Assembly (NCBI RefSeq): GCF_018350175.1 | Contig: NC_058380.1 | Span: forward strand, 74,586,001 to 74,650,000 | Origin: Felis catus | Lineage: Eukaryota | Direction of reading: 5' to 3' | DNA length: 64,000 nt | Shown: positions 35,060-47,610 of the stretch, piece after piece | Layout: each line of letters opens with the position of its first letter | Position numbering within the stretch: the first letter of the stretch is position 1 | Notes under the pieces: generated by a model | Seen by the model: the letters and a program-made list of their open reading frames with translations, nothing else | Database searches by the model: none | Told to the model about the DNA's origin: nothing | Program-made: the position numbers and the translations under genes

Positions 35060-35206
35060 GGCCCGGGAGATGTGTGGTGTGGCTTGCAGACTGGGAAATA
35101 GAAATCGTGTTTGCATCACTGCTGTGCGAAATGCTGCCAAGCCCTCTGCAGTTTTGAGCTTCATAGGAGCTCATTTTTCTTGCACAGCCGGAAAAACCAA
35201 AGTTCT

Positions 35207-35218
35207 GGAAAGTGAAAG
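35207..35218 (+). promoter_or_regulatory. ISRE/IRF-E-like GGAAAGTGAAAG
   Basis: GAAAnnGAAA at 35208-35217. Confidence 0.45.
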
Positions 35219-36994
35219 GCACTTGCTTTAGGTCATCCAGGTATTAGGACAGAGGAGCTAGGATGATGGTTTAGTTCCTCAAAATCACTGTTTGGTGTTC
35301 TTGCCTCTACCACACAACCATCTGTGAAAGGAAAGTGTATACCTTGCCTGAGTAGACCAGTTGTCTAAGCAAAGAGTGTGAGGTCATAAAGGTGACTGCT
35401 CACGAAAAGAGGACATTGACTTCTCTCTTCTCTGATTAGTTCCAAGTTGATTGAACACAAGTGATAGGCCTTGCCCGCAGTTGGGTGTGTAGAGGGCCCA
35501 CAACATGTAATAAAGGCTAACATTTATTAAACATTTCCTTTGTGCCTGTCACTGTTCTAGGGGAGTTAAAGGTATCAATGGAATCATTCAATCCTGAGAT
35601 AAACTTTTGACGTAGTAATGTTATGATTACCACTTGACAGATAAGGAAATGGAAGCATAGGATCTCGACTCAGGTAGGCTGGCTCCAGAGTGTCGTAATC
35701 ATTGCGCTACACTGCACGCGCTGCTGTGTTGTGCACGTACACAGACACCCACACCCAGTGTGCCCAGCAAAAGGCCATCCTTCCAGTTAGGGGTTGGGGA
35801 AGCTTCCTGGAGAAAGAGCTGGTGTAGGAACTAGGCCTTGAAGCTTAGGGAACATGATGTTGGAGAAGAGCAGAGGACTCTGCAGAAAGATGGGTAATAG
35901 AAATAGGAAAGCTTAAGGACGTCCCGTGGCAAGTGGTGGAAACTAGCCTGACTAGCACCTCCATTCGGTTGCTACTTGTGCTATTTCACATCGTGATCCT
36001 TGTGGGCTACTTGCAAAGGCGTTCCATGATCTGGTCCCCGCCCACCATCACCCCTCACCAGTGTCCAGCCTCAACTCTTACTCTTTTCCCAAGCTGCAGT
36101 TCTCCCAAACGCATTATGGATTAGTGAACTGTTGCACATGCTAGTCCCTCCACTGTGACGGCCTCCAATCCTGTCCTATCGTATCACCATGCTCCCCTAT
36201 TTCACACTTTGTATTAAAAACTTTTCTGCATCCGTGGCCTCTGAGATTGGGTGAGATACTCATCTATGTTTTTATAGCTTCCTGTTCTTCTCTTATCATA
36301 GAATATTTCATAGTAAACTATGGCGGACTACTTTTCCATGGTCTCCATTAAATCATCAGACGTAGGAGGGCAGGTGCCAAGTTACTCACATCCCTTCCCT
36401 ATGACTGTATCTCCTAATGTAATAATGGTCATAACTGACATCTGTTGAAATAAACATCTAACACATTTCCAAAGAATTCCAGCAAAGGATGATTTTTATG
36501 TCTCTTGGTTACCTATTCTTGGCTTAACAAACCTGGTAAGACACCTTGAGACTAACCTAGATCTTTGCCATTGTAACTTTTGAACACACAATCACCCTTA
36601 ATACTGGATCATCTTGAAAGAGTTTACAAATATGTTCTTATTCTTGTATTTCTTTTTTAGAAGCTTGGTATGCTTAATCAAACCAGGGTCTTAAAAGTGT
36701 TAAATGTATGGGTTCACAGGAAGAAGTATGTACTCTCACCCACAAGATCAAAAGGCCTCAAAAGATGAGGAAGATTAAAAACACCAGACTGGGGATCTGG
36801 AGGTGTGGGTTTTAAACCTCAGTTGTGTGACCTTGAGAACTCTAGCAGACCCACCTCATTTTAATGTACCTGGCTATCTACAAAACCTGGTAAGTAAGCT
36901 TGTGATACTTATGTTTAAAGTAAGATTCAATGGTTTCTGAGTTTGTGCCCAGGGAATGTCCTATAAGAAGAGAATAAGAGTGTTAGGGCCTGGA

Positions 36995-37990
36995 CCTATG
37001 GACATTTGTTTGAGGTGGTTGTAGATGTAGATTTACATGTAGTTGCAAGAAACAAAACGGAGAGATCCTGCATGCCCTGGACTCAGTTTTCCCCAAAGGC
37101 AACATCTTGCATAACGAGAGCATAACATCACTACCAAGAAATTGACATTGACATTGATATTCAGACTTCACCAGTTTTTTATGTGTAGATATGTGTTTTT
37201 ATTCATTTGTGTAGACTTATTTAGTTTCTGTGTAGTGTGTCATATGTGCAGATGTGTGTGACAGTCACCACAATCAAGACATAGAAAAGCTCCGTCTCTA
37301 GGATCCCCCATGCTACAATGTATAGCCTCTGCTACTACCCTCCTCTTTTAACCTCTGCCCTCCAACTCAGTAATCATGTTCTTTCACAAATGTGATATAA
37401 ATGGAATTGTGTGGTCTGTATACTTCTGAGATTGGCTTTTTTTTTTTTTTTCCGCTCAGCACCATTTCTTTGAGGTCGATCCAAATCATTGCATGATCAA
37501 TGGTTCATTTCTTTTGATGGCTGTGTGGTATTCCATGGTACGAATGTAGCATGGTTTGTTTAGCCAGTCACCCACTGAAGGAATTTTGGGTTATTTCCAG
37601 GAATGACTTATTTATTAACAAAGCTGATATGAATATTGGTATACAGGTTTTTGTGTGAACATGGCTTAATTTCATTTCTGGTATAAATGCCCAGAGTGAA
37701 ATTGCTGGGTCGTAACGGTAGGCACTTGTTTCATTTTGTAAGGAACCCTCTTTTCTAGAGTGTTGGTATCATTTTGCTTCCCACCAGCAATGTGTGAAAG
37801 AACCAACATCCTTCTCTGCATTCTCTCTCCAGCATTCGGTGTTATCACTATTTCTCCTCTTAGCCATTCTTGTAGGTGTCTGGCGATATCTCACTGTGGT
37901 TTTACTTTGCATTTCCCTGACGGCTAACAATGTCGAACTCATTTGCCTTCTGAAACCTGTTTGGTGATACAGACATCTGTTTTGGATGCT
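36995..37990 (-). mobile_element. Old L1 (L1MB/MC-type) 3' fragment
   Basis: CCCAAAGGCAACATCTTGCATAAC, AATGGAATTGTG..., CCCACCAGCAATGTGTGA, TAGCCATTCTTGTAGGTGT, TTTGCATTTCCCTGA antisense L1 motifs. Confidence 0.75.
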
Positions 37991-38069
37991 GAAATTACTT
38001 ATCATTTCCTTCTTGATTCTCTCTCAGTGGATTCCAAGGCAGAAGGTAAATCGCTTTTAGATAAATAAT

Positions 38070-38920
38070 GAGCTATTGCACTTGAGTGCCAGCTACGTGC
38101 AAGATAGTGTTCTTGGTACTGGGAATAAAGCATTAACAAGAACAGAGAACAATCCCTGTTGTCATGGAGCTTATGTTCTAGTGGAGTGAGATGGCCACTA
38201 AATAAAAGAAATGAGTTAAGCGTATTAGATGCTCTTGGAGCTTTAGGAAAAAAAAAACAGAAAGGGAGATAGGCAGTTACTTTAGTTACAGTTTAATGTA
38301 GGGTGGCGAGAAAAACCCATGCTCCTGGCCTTGAAAAAGCTGTGTGTCAGGAGCATCAGTGTGGCCAGGAAGACTGGAGTTGTGAGTGAGGAGGAGACCA
38401 GGGGCAATGAGGTCAGAGCAGTATCAGAGGAGGCTGGCCATGCGGGGCTCTGAGCATGGGTAGGAGTTGACTCTCGTTCAGTGTGGTGGGGAAGCTCTGG
38501 AATATGTAGGGCAGAGGAGTGGCAGGATTTCATTTCATAAAAATCTTCCTGGCTGCTGTGTCAAGAATAGCCCAAAGGAAGGGTGGAATCAGGGAGACCA
38601 GTTTGGAAACTATTGCAATAATCCAGGCGAAGCAAGATGGTAGACTGGCAAAGGTGGTGACAGAGAGGGTAACAAGAAATCATGGGTTCCATAAATATTT
38701 TGAAGTAGAGAGGACATAACTTCTCATCCAGTTGGATGTAGGGTGAGAGAGAAAGAGAAAAGTCTGGGTCCATGGTTCTTGGTTGGAGCATTGGAAGAAT
38801 TGAGATGCTATTAGTGGAGATAGGAAAGGAAGCTTGAGAGCTCAGATCAAGATGTGCACCATTTAAGGTGACTTTTAGACAACCAAGCAAAGGTGAAATT
38901 ATGAGGAGGCAGTGGATGAT
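38070..38920 (+). mobile_element. L2 fragment
   Basis: GTCATGGAGCTTATGTTCTAG, ATGAGGTCAGAGCAG, CTGGCTGCTGTGT, AAGGTGACTTTTAGAC motifs. Confidence 0.65.
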
Positions 38921-39282
38921 AAGTCTGAGGTCCCAGTCAGAGGCTTGGGTGGAAAATTAATTTGAGAATCTTTCTTGACAGAGCAACTCTCACATATTAC
39001 TCTATATTGGAGATTCCTCTTGATTACAGGTCCTTAATTTCTTAATTTAAAATCTTTGGTGCCAGGTTTTGGAAAAGCATTAAGTTTAGCGATATGAAAT
39101 CACCATTATCTGACAGCTTTGACCTACAATAATAATAATTTCATATGGTTCACCTGAATAATACCCTCCACATGCCTTATATTACATAACATTCTCAGTG
39201 GGGGTTTGAAACAGTGTCCTATAATCAAACAGAAACATTTCTGTAGCCCAGTACACTCATGCTGAGTGGGATAGGTAAGGAC

Positions 39283-39284
<2 letters not shown>

Positions 39285-39314
<30 letters not shown>
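39285..39314. repeat. (CA)15 microsatellite
   Basis: Direct count. Confidence 0.97.
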
Positions 39315-39317
<3 letters not shown>

Positions 39318-40229
39318 CCTTCCAATTCAGCTTTTGTTGCCAAGTGCATTATATTTGGACTGTGCAGCATGCCGAGTTGAAATAGGCCAATGAGCAGAAG
39401 ATACTGAGAGGGATATTTCAACTCAACTTAATGACTATATCAATGCTATTCCATGACTAATCACACATGTTTCTAAAGGTGGGAGCTGTCTGTCCCATGA
39501 GTGCACACGGGACCTGAACAACCACTTATTGGGGATATTTTAGAGGAAATTCGGTTACTAGAGAGATTGTTAGAGCTGGTGTCTTTTACAGCTCTTGGTC
39601 TCACTGAGATGAAAATGACTATAAATCATTTCTAGCTTCATGCCTCATTCTTCCCATCTGTGAAATGGGATGGGACCACGGAGCTGAACTTCGTGATTGC
39701 CGAGGATGCTTCTGGTGTTGTTTTAAGGTTTCTATGCTTCTTTGCCTCTTCTCTTTGTCACTGGTTGTTCCCTCCACCCTTGTTTGTAGAGTAACCCTCT
39801 TTCCAGACCGAGCCATAGCAATTTTACCAGGATGTGCAGTGAATAATTAGCATGGGCAGCTGGATGGGGAGGCAGACGTTTTCCCTGTTGCTTCCCAAAT
39901 TGGGAAAAATGGTTATTTTTGGGGGGGATTACTTCTTGTCATGTAAGCGTGTTTTGACTTATGCAACACCCATGGTGTCGATGGTGGCATGGCCTCCCCT
40001 TTCTGGTTCTCTTGGGAGATGAGCTCTTTGATGAAAGAAATTTTCAGTGACTGACACACAGCCTTCTAAGGGACAACCTAAAAAAAATGCAACTGTTTTG
40101 AATGGAAACCTTTCTAATATAATTTACAGCTATAAAACAGTTTTTTTTTTCTGATTATAAAAGTAACATATTTTGGCTCTAGGAACAAAAGAGAAAAAAG
40201 GGAGGAAAACAATTATCCACACTCCCTAA

Positions 40230-40662
40230 ACTGGGGGTTGGCAGACCTTTTCTCTAAAGGGTCAGATGGTGATTATTTTAGAATTTATGAACCGAGGAGC
40301 AAAACTGGAGTTATCATATAGATGTTTATATCATATAGATGTTTATACAACCATTTGAAAATAGGAAACCATTCTTTTTTTTCCCTTTTAATGTTTATTT
40401 ATTCTTGACAGAGAGAGAGAGAGAGAGAGAGAGAATGAGTGGGGGAGGGTCAGAGAGAGGGAGACAGAATCTGAAGCAGGCTCCAGGCTCTGAGCTGTCA
40501 GCACAGAGCCCCAACTGTGAGATCATGACCTGAGGCAAGGTTGGATGCTCAACTGACTGAGCCACCCAGGTGCCCCAAAATAGGAAACCATTCTTAGTGT
40601 GCAGGCCATACGAAAGCAGGGCTGGCTGGATTTAGACTGTGGGCAGTAGTTTTCTGACCCCT
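40230..40662 (+). mobile_element. MER58-like hAT element interrupted by a SINE
   Basis: GGGGTTGGCAGACCTTTTCTCTAAAGGGTCAGAT start and GGGCAGTAGTTTTCTGACCCCTG end (inverted termini). Confidence 0.75.
40377..40576 (-). mobile_element. CAN-SINE
   Basis: TSD AAAATAGGAAACCATTCTT at 40358-40376 and 40577-40595. Confidence 0.95.
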
Positions 40663-40941
40663 GGTCTAAACTGTCTCGAAACTGGACCTTTAACAAGAGG
40701 ATTTTTTTCCAAATTAATTTTTTTTATGCTTTTCTTTCTTTTCTTTCTAGCTTTTAAGCAAGACATTACTTTATATTTTCATTTTTGTGCATCTCACTGA
40801 ATAGCAGCATTCCAGAAAGAAAATTGTTCAGGGCTGCATAGACCTTCTCTCAAATGGAAGTACTATAGTTCATTTGAACAACTCCCACTTCAAGTGCATT
40901 TGGATTGTTTCTTATTAATTTATAAATAAAACATAGTTCTT

Positions 40942-40974
<33 letters not shown>
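40942..40974. repeat. (TTG)11 microsatellite
   Basis: Direct count. Confidence 0.95.
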
Positions 40975-40975
<1 letters not shown>

Positions 40976-43900
40976 ATTTTGGGTCTTGCATGGAGTCCTG
41001 GGAGGAGCATCTCTAGGACAGAGGATAAGAACACAGTTGAGGCTTTGCCTCTGTAGAGGTGGGACCACCTATCACTCCATCTCTGCCAGGATTGGGTATT
41101 TCCCCAAAACAACAACATCATCCGCATTATTTAGTGGGGCGTGAAAGCAGATTTAACCTTTTCTGGAGAATTCCGGTTTCTACTGTGAACATCACTAAGT
41201 TTGAGTCTGGGTCCTCTGCAGCCATTGCATCACAAAGAGCAACATGGCTCCTACATCAGATGCCTTTCATGCACACCAGATTCCTTTCGCCAGGGAAGGT
41301 GGTGAATAAAGTCAGCATTGTGCAGTCGTCCAAATGAAGGAAAAATACAACACGCCTCAAAAAGGATGAGTCTTAGCAAAATGGTATAAAGTGGAAAAGA
41401 GTTATATACAGCAAAGGTTATACAAAGTTAAAAGTCATGCATGCATGTGCCTTTGCATGCGCACACACACAAATACATACAGATACAACTAATTACAAAG
41501 GGGAGTAAAGCAATGATAAACACCAGACTCAGGATGATGGATACCCTGGGCAGTTTAGGAGTGGTTGTGAGGGGTTTCGAGGGGTGTTGTATGTTACCCC
41601 TCAAGATCCTGGCTTTCATTTTATGTCATGGATCCACACTTATAATGTTCTATACTTATAATACTTATAATGTTATAACCAACCGAATAAATAAAAAGCA
41701 GTCCAAGCATGCGACACAATGACAGTGTGACGGAATGCAGGGATTATGACAGTTCCAGTTCTGACCTTCTGAGATATGAAACCAGACAAGAAATAAGAGT
41801 CAGCGGGGGCTTTGTGTGGTCCTGACAAAACGTTCTCGTGAATCATGTGGGTGAGTGTTAGTACATAGATTCCTTGGTATCTGTTTTGGCTTCACAGAAG
41901 GAAGTTTTTATTTATTTTTTTCTTAGTTCTTGATTCTGGTCCAGGCAGCTGTTGTTGCCACACAAATAAGGTCTTGAACCAGGCCCCACTGTTAGACCTC
42001 ATAAAGCGTTCCCTTAAAAAGGCCCTGGAGTTATGTTTGTATACTTGTTGATCTTTTGGTTATGGTAAGAATATAGGGAGAGCCCTGTCTCTGGATAAAT
42101 GGCACACTGCAGCTTGGAGAAGAGTGCTCAGATGGACAGAGGGTTAGCCAAGGTCCAGTAGTGAAACAAGGGAGTGCAAAGGCAGAAAGGTATACCAGCC
42201 AGTAACCAGCCAGTGCTTGCAGGTTCAGAGCAAGCAAAATGGAGCCCGAGAAGTTTGGCCAAACAACCAGGCTGTTTCTTTTTCCTCTGTCTCCCTTCTC
42301 TGGCCTTCACATTATTACTCAGTTTCAACCAAGAATGCTGCTAGGTTGGGAGGTCTGGGTGTGAGTGTGGGCATCCCCTCATTCCTCAGGTACCTACTCT
42401 GTGGCCCAGACTCAACCAGAAACTGGAGATACAGATGTGACCCAGATCAGAGATTGAAGACCTCTATTATTTTGTCCATGGTTGTAGTCAATACCTCTCA
42501 ACATAAACACTATTGGCTCTTAGTGCTGAATTGAGTCAAGTGGTTCTTAAAATAAAGTAGAGGGCTAAGCTATGAAGTAACAGCCCCAGGCAAATGTAGA
42601 GCTCTCTCCTCTCAGTATGTCCAGCCCACACCTCAATTACTGAAGTCTTATCACATTGCATTGTCGTGATTTATTTGTATAGCTCTCCCGCCCACTATCC
42701 TGTGAACACCTCAAGTGTGGAGACTATGTTGTTTTCATTGCCAGATCTCTCAAATTCAGGGCATAGAGCAGATGCTAAATAAATGTTTGGGGCAGAACTA
42801 TGCTTTACACCTTGTTGTCAGTGCCCAGTGAGTGAGACTCAAAGTGGAGACAGATTATCACTGTTGGCGGGGCTGGTGAGCCCAGAGACGAGGGGGTGCT
42901 TACATTTGGGGTCTGAGTGGGCTTCATGGATGGAGAAGGGAGGGGGAGAGTGGGAAGGATGGTGGTGGAGGGGTGGGGATATTCAAAGTAAACAGCAACC
43001 AATGGCATGTCTGTTGACCTATCAGAGTAGACTGGTGGCAAGTGATCAGTATTGCTGTCCCTGTGCCTATTAGCTGCAGGTCAGCCTGGAAGACAAGGAG
43101 GGGCCTGGGGTCTGAATGAAGAGAGAATGGAATAAATGTTACATGGTCACCATCTTTATTCCAGCTCTGCATCAGGAGCTTTCTATAAATGCTCTTACTT
43201 GATTCTTACGTAACTGTGGCAGGTAGGCATTTATGACTCCAATTCCTAAGAGTAAGAAATAGACATCTGGTGGTGGTGGTGGTGGGGGGGTGACACAAAC
43301 TACCCAAAAAAGTGAGTAGTAGAGCTGGATCTGAAGTTGAACCCAGACTCCCACATTCCTGAGCCTGTACTCGTTTTCTCTGCCATCCTGTCACGCTGCC
43401 ATGCATAGAGGGTGTGGCCAGTAGAGGTCAGGGCAAGAGCCAAGCCATGAGGCAGGAGGCCTCAAAAGCATCCAGAGGACTTGGTTTGGGAGGAGTAGGA
43501 ATGAGGGAGAGGCAGAGGGCTGGGCAGCTCCTTAGGCCAGGGTGGGTGTCCTTGGCCAGGGACATTCTATTTGGAGTCTTTAAACTTCCACCCTTTGCAC
43601 CGAATAAAGTTCATAGTGGACACACCCTTGTCATGAATGTTTATGGGGAATGTTTATGGAGCTGGACAGAGGGCTCAGACAGGGAAGGAGGACAAGGCAC
43701 TGTCCCGGAACCAGGGCCAGAGATGAAGATTTTGGAATTTAGAAGGAAGAAGTTGAGCACAAAGTTTCAGCTGGAGACCTTGAGGCTGGAGATGAGTAAT
43801 GTCTGGTTAGGGGAGGAGCTCCACTGTAGAGATGAGAAGGAAGTGGTAATAAAGAATCAGAGACTAAAGATACGGCTGAGCAGGTAGATGCTTTTAGTAC

Positions 43901-44792
43901 AGCTATGGTGAGGACTGGTTTCAAGGGGGCTGTTTGTCATAAAAAAAACATCTGAGGGGTACCTTGATGGAGGCAATGCATGCAGAGGAGGGAAGGAGAG
44001 GAGGCTGGGAAAGGGGAAAAGAGATATATAGACACACAGAGACAGAAATGGAAGCAGAAATACACAAAGATAAAGGAAAAACACAAAGACACAGAAATAC
44101 AGAGAGAGAACATCCTGGAGATCCAGGGGCTCATGGAAACCAGGACAGTGAGAGAAAATCAGAGACACAGAGAGAGGAAGGAGGGCAATGACACAAACAC
44201 CCAATGGATGGCTGTGTCTAATGGAGAAAATATATGTGAAACCCCTGAGAAGAACTACATATGGGCCCTGTGGGCCTCCTTGGGAAGATTTGTTCTTTGG
44301 CTTGGCTGAGGTGCTGGCAGGTCCTAAGTTTCTGTGTTTTCCTGACTAACAGATGGAAATCCTGGGGTGAAAGTTCACCTACAGTATGGACTTTCTCTGT
44401 AATCACAGCATCTCAGCCATCATCCCATCCTCTCCCCTCTCAGACCCCCACTTGCACCTCTGCAGTTACATCCAATGACCAACTGCTCAATACAGACCCT
44501 CAGAGCATTCTTCCTTGGGCTGAGCTATGTCCCTGTGACTTCCGGTTTGGGAGTGACACATGAGCAAATCTAGTGCTGCTTTTCTACTCAGGGCTTCGGG
44601 TGGGTGGTTGATGACAATGACTGTGTTCCCACCGTGTTCTCTCTTCTTCGCAATCATCTGTGGTTCCTTCACTGGCATTAGTGGCAACACAGGCTAAGTT
44701 CTTTCCCAGTAACAGATGATCCCAGGATCTCAGGGGCTCTCAGGAACCAAAGTTTAGTTCTTACATTAAGGGAAAAAAAATAATATTCTAAC

Positions 44793-45273
44793 TGTTTAAG
44801 GGAAAATTATTCAGGACACTTGCTAAAGAACAGGAAGGCAGACTTTATTCAGTCTGTGGATGTAGGGACCACTTTGGTGGGGCCTCACAGACATTACATT
44901 GGCTCTGAGGACAACATGGGCAAGTGGAAAAATCTATAGCTAAGGAGTAGGGTGGGGATCAGTGGATGGAAAATTACCAAGAAGAAATATCAGGAATAAA
45001 GGGGATTCTGGCTAGACTGAACCAACAGGATTCTTACAGAAGACAGGCCAGGGTGAGCAGATGTGACCTGGGAGATGTTGGAGGATGAAGAGCCTGACTG
45101 GATGTCAAGAGTGATCAGACATGGAGAGTGAAGGATTCTGGTTACACTGACTTGGCAGGTTCCTTACTAAGACGGGATAGTGTAGAAAAGAACACTAAAG
45201 CTTGCTGAGCCTACTTGAGAAGAGAATTCACAGAAGCCTGAGTAGATTTTGGCCAAAGACAGACTCCTTGTCA
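44793..45273 (-). mobile_element. MER31/MER67-like ERV1 solo LTR
   Basis: Minus strand starts TGACAAGGAGTCTGTCTTTGGCCAAAATCTACTCAGGCTTCTG and ends ...TTAAACA; near-TSD CTAAC/CTCAC. Confidence 0.75.
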
Positions 45274-46656
45274 CTCACTCACTCTGTATATTTACTGCAG
45301 TTTGGGACCACTACTCTGATTTCCATTCACCCCGGGACCCTGGCTGAGCAAGCAGCCTCTGTGTAAAACATGGCTGATCATGGTGGTTGAAGAAAGAGAG
45401 TGCGAATCTCCACGCACTGGTCTTGGAAGATTCTACCAGAAGTAACATGTGTCACCTTCAGTCATGTTGCACTGGCCAGAGCCTTATGTCCAAGAGGTGG
45501 GGAAGGGAACTCTATACCCAAGAAGGGGCGGCAAATATTTGTGAACAGTGACACAGTCTCCCAGAACTGGTTTCTCACACGCTGCTGTCTCCAGTTCTCT
45601 CACTAAGCTAGTCCCTTGTTTGTGGAGGCTCCCAAGTTTATTGATACACCTTTGGAAGTTTGAGAGTCAGTACTGGAAAGGAAGTTGAGGGAGGTGATGC
45701 TCCTGGGGGCACCAGGTAATTGTACCCACGAATGGTCCTTCTCCATCTCACAGCTACACCACATAAAACATGTGTTCACCAAGTTTGCAAATGCCACAAA
45801 AGAGAGAGAGGGAGAGGAAACACATTTTCAATTTGATCTTTCGACCAAGGTTTTACTGGGTTTTTATCCCCCAATGCCTTTTAAAAATCATGTCTTTTAT
45901 TGCTTGAGATCTAGAAGCAATCAGCTCTTCTGTAGCTCCAAAAGGGAAAAGGGAAGGCTATTTTCACTGGACTTGAATAAGCGAGAAATAAACCTTGATG
46001 GTGTTGATCTACTGAAATTTTAGGATTTGTCGGTTTTGGTAGCTGCTGTTAGTTATTTTGATGCAGATATCAGGACAAGAAGTACTCCAAACCAAAACAT
46101 CAAATATATGATGTTAGCTGAGTGATCAGGGAACAAGTAATAGGAAACTAAACCTGGCACTGAAAAGATGGAGGCCGGGGCATGCAGTGGCAAGATATTT
46201 GCAAAGTCTCTGCCTGGGACGGCTTGAAAGGTATACCCTGTCCTCATGGAACTCACCATCCCACTGGCAAGAGGTGGGAAAATAGGAGAATGGTGTATTC
46301 AAATAGCATGACTGCATTTGGCAAGGCATTACAGGAGTGAGATGAGCTCAGGAAATTGTTAGGTGGATGGTAAGCAGACATGAAGAAGAATAGAGATAGT
46401 CCACAGATGTGAGGCTTTGAATTTGAAATAGCATACTGTTTTAAAGACCACACAATAAGGGATAGGATTCACAAAGGATTTAAGTGGCAAAAGCCTAGTA
46501 GACCCTATCAGTTGGAAAAATGACTCAGGGTACAGATCAGATGATAAAAGCAGCCTCTTCACTGATTTTTCCATATAGTCTCTCGGTAGGTGTCATTAGC
46601 TTAAGAGATCGAAAAGTAAAGAGGTGAAAAATCAAGGAAAAATATTTAAGAACTAA

Positions 46657-46873
46657 ATTTTTTTTTAAAGTTTTTAATCTTTTTTTTTAATGTTTATTTT
46701 TGAGAGAGAGCAAGAGAGGAGGTGCAGAAAGAGGGAGACACAGAATCTGAAGCAGGATCCAGGCTCTGGGCTGACAGCACAGAGCCCGACATGGGGCTCA
46801 AACTCATGAACCATGAGAATCATGACCTGATCCAAAGCTGGACGCTTAACTGACTGAGCCACCCAGGCAACCC
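46657..46873 (-). mobile_element. CAN-SINE
   Basis: Typical body; TSD TAAGAACTA on both sides. Confidence 0.93.
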
Positions 46874-47413
46874 TAAGAACTATATCTTAAAAAGAATTTT
46901 GGCCATAGTCACTACAAATAGATTAGAAACCTGTTATGTTATTGAGTGAAATACAATGTCAAAGACACCATGAGTCTGGTTTAGGAAATCTTTGAGGCTC
47001 AAAACAACTCTTGGCGTACCAACGTTCCATGAATAGAAAGTAGACGCAGGAAACTATTCCCAAGGGAAGTGCATAATATCAAACACGCACTTTATATACG
47101 TCCAAGGAAGGTCATGGCTCCAAAAGAGTGGATGCAGGGGTCATAACAATGGACAAGCATGAGCTGCCCTGAGAGGAGACTCACTGTCCCTCACCCAGAG
47201 CAGGAGCCTTCCTGAAGTCTGCCTTCACAGACTTCTGCCACACAGATCCTGAGTGTGCCCCCTTCTTTCTAAGCAGGTGTGTTGACTGAGGCTACCCCTG
47301 TCCCTGTTTCTCCACTGTCTCTTGGATGTGTGTTGTGTGTGTGTGTTGGGGGGTAGGGATTGCTGGGAGAGAAGGATATGGAATTTGTCCTTTTAGATCA
47401 TAGGGTCTAAGGT

Positions 47414-47610
47414 AGTGATTCTCAAACTGGGGGACACTTGGCAACAGCTGGAGGCAGTTTTGGTTGTCACAACCGGGGTTGGTGGTGCTAATTAGGCATC
47501 TTGTGGGTAGAGGCCAGAGAGGTTGCTACACATCCTACAATGCACAGGACAGCTCCCTGTAAGAATTATCCGGTCTCAAATGTCAGTATGACCAAGGTCA
47601 AGAAACGTGT
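47414..47610 (+). mobile_element. MER20 (hAT-Charlie)
   Basis: TAGTGATTCTCAAACTGGGG...TTTTGGTTGTCACAAC...GGGTAGAGGCCAG...CATCCTACAATGCACAGGACAG...AAGAATTATCCGG. Confidence 0.85.

Noticed and set aside
43414-43887. 157-aa plus-strand ORF
   Set aside because: GTG start, purine-rich L2-like/low-complexity sequence, no homology recognised.
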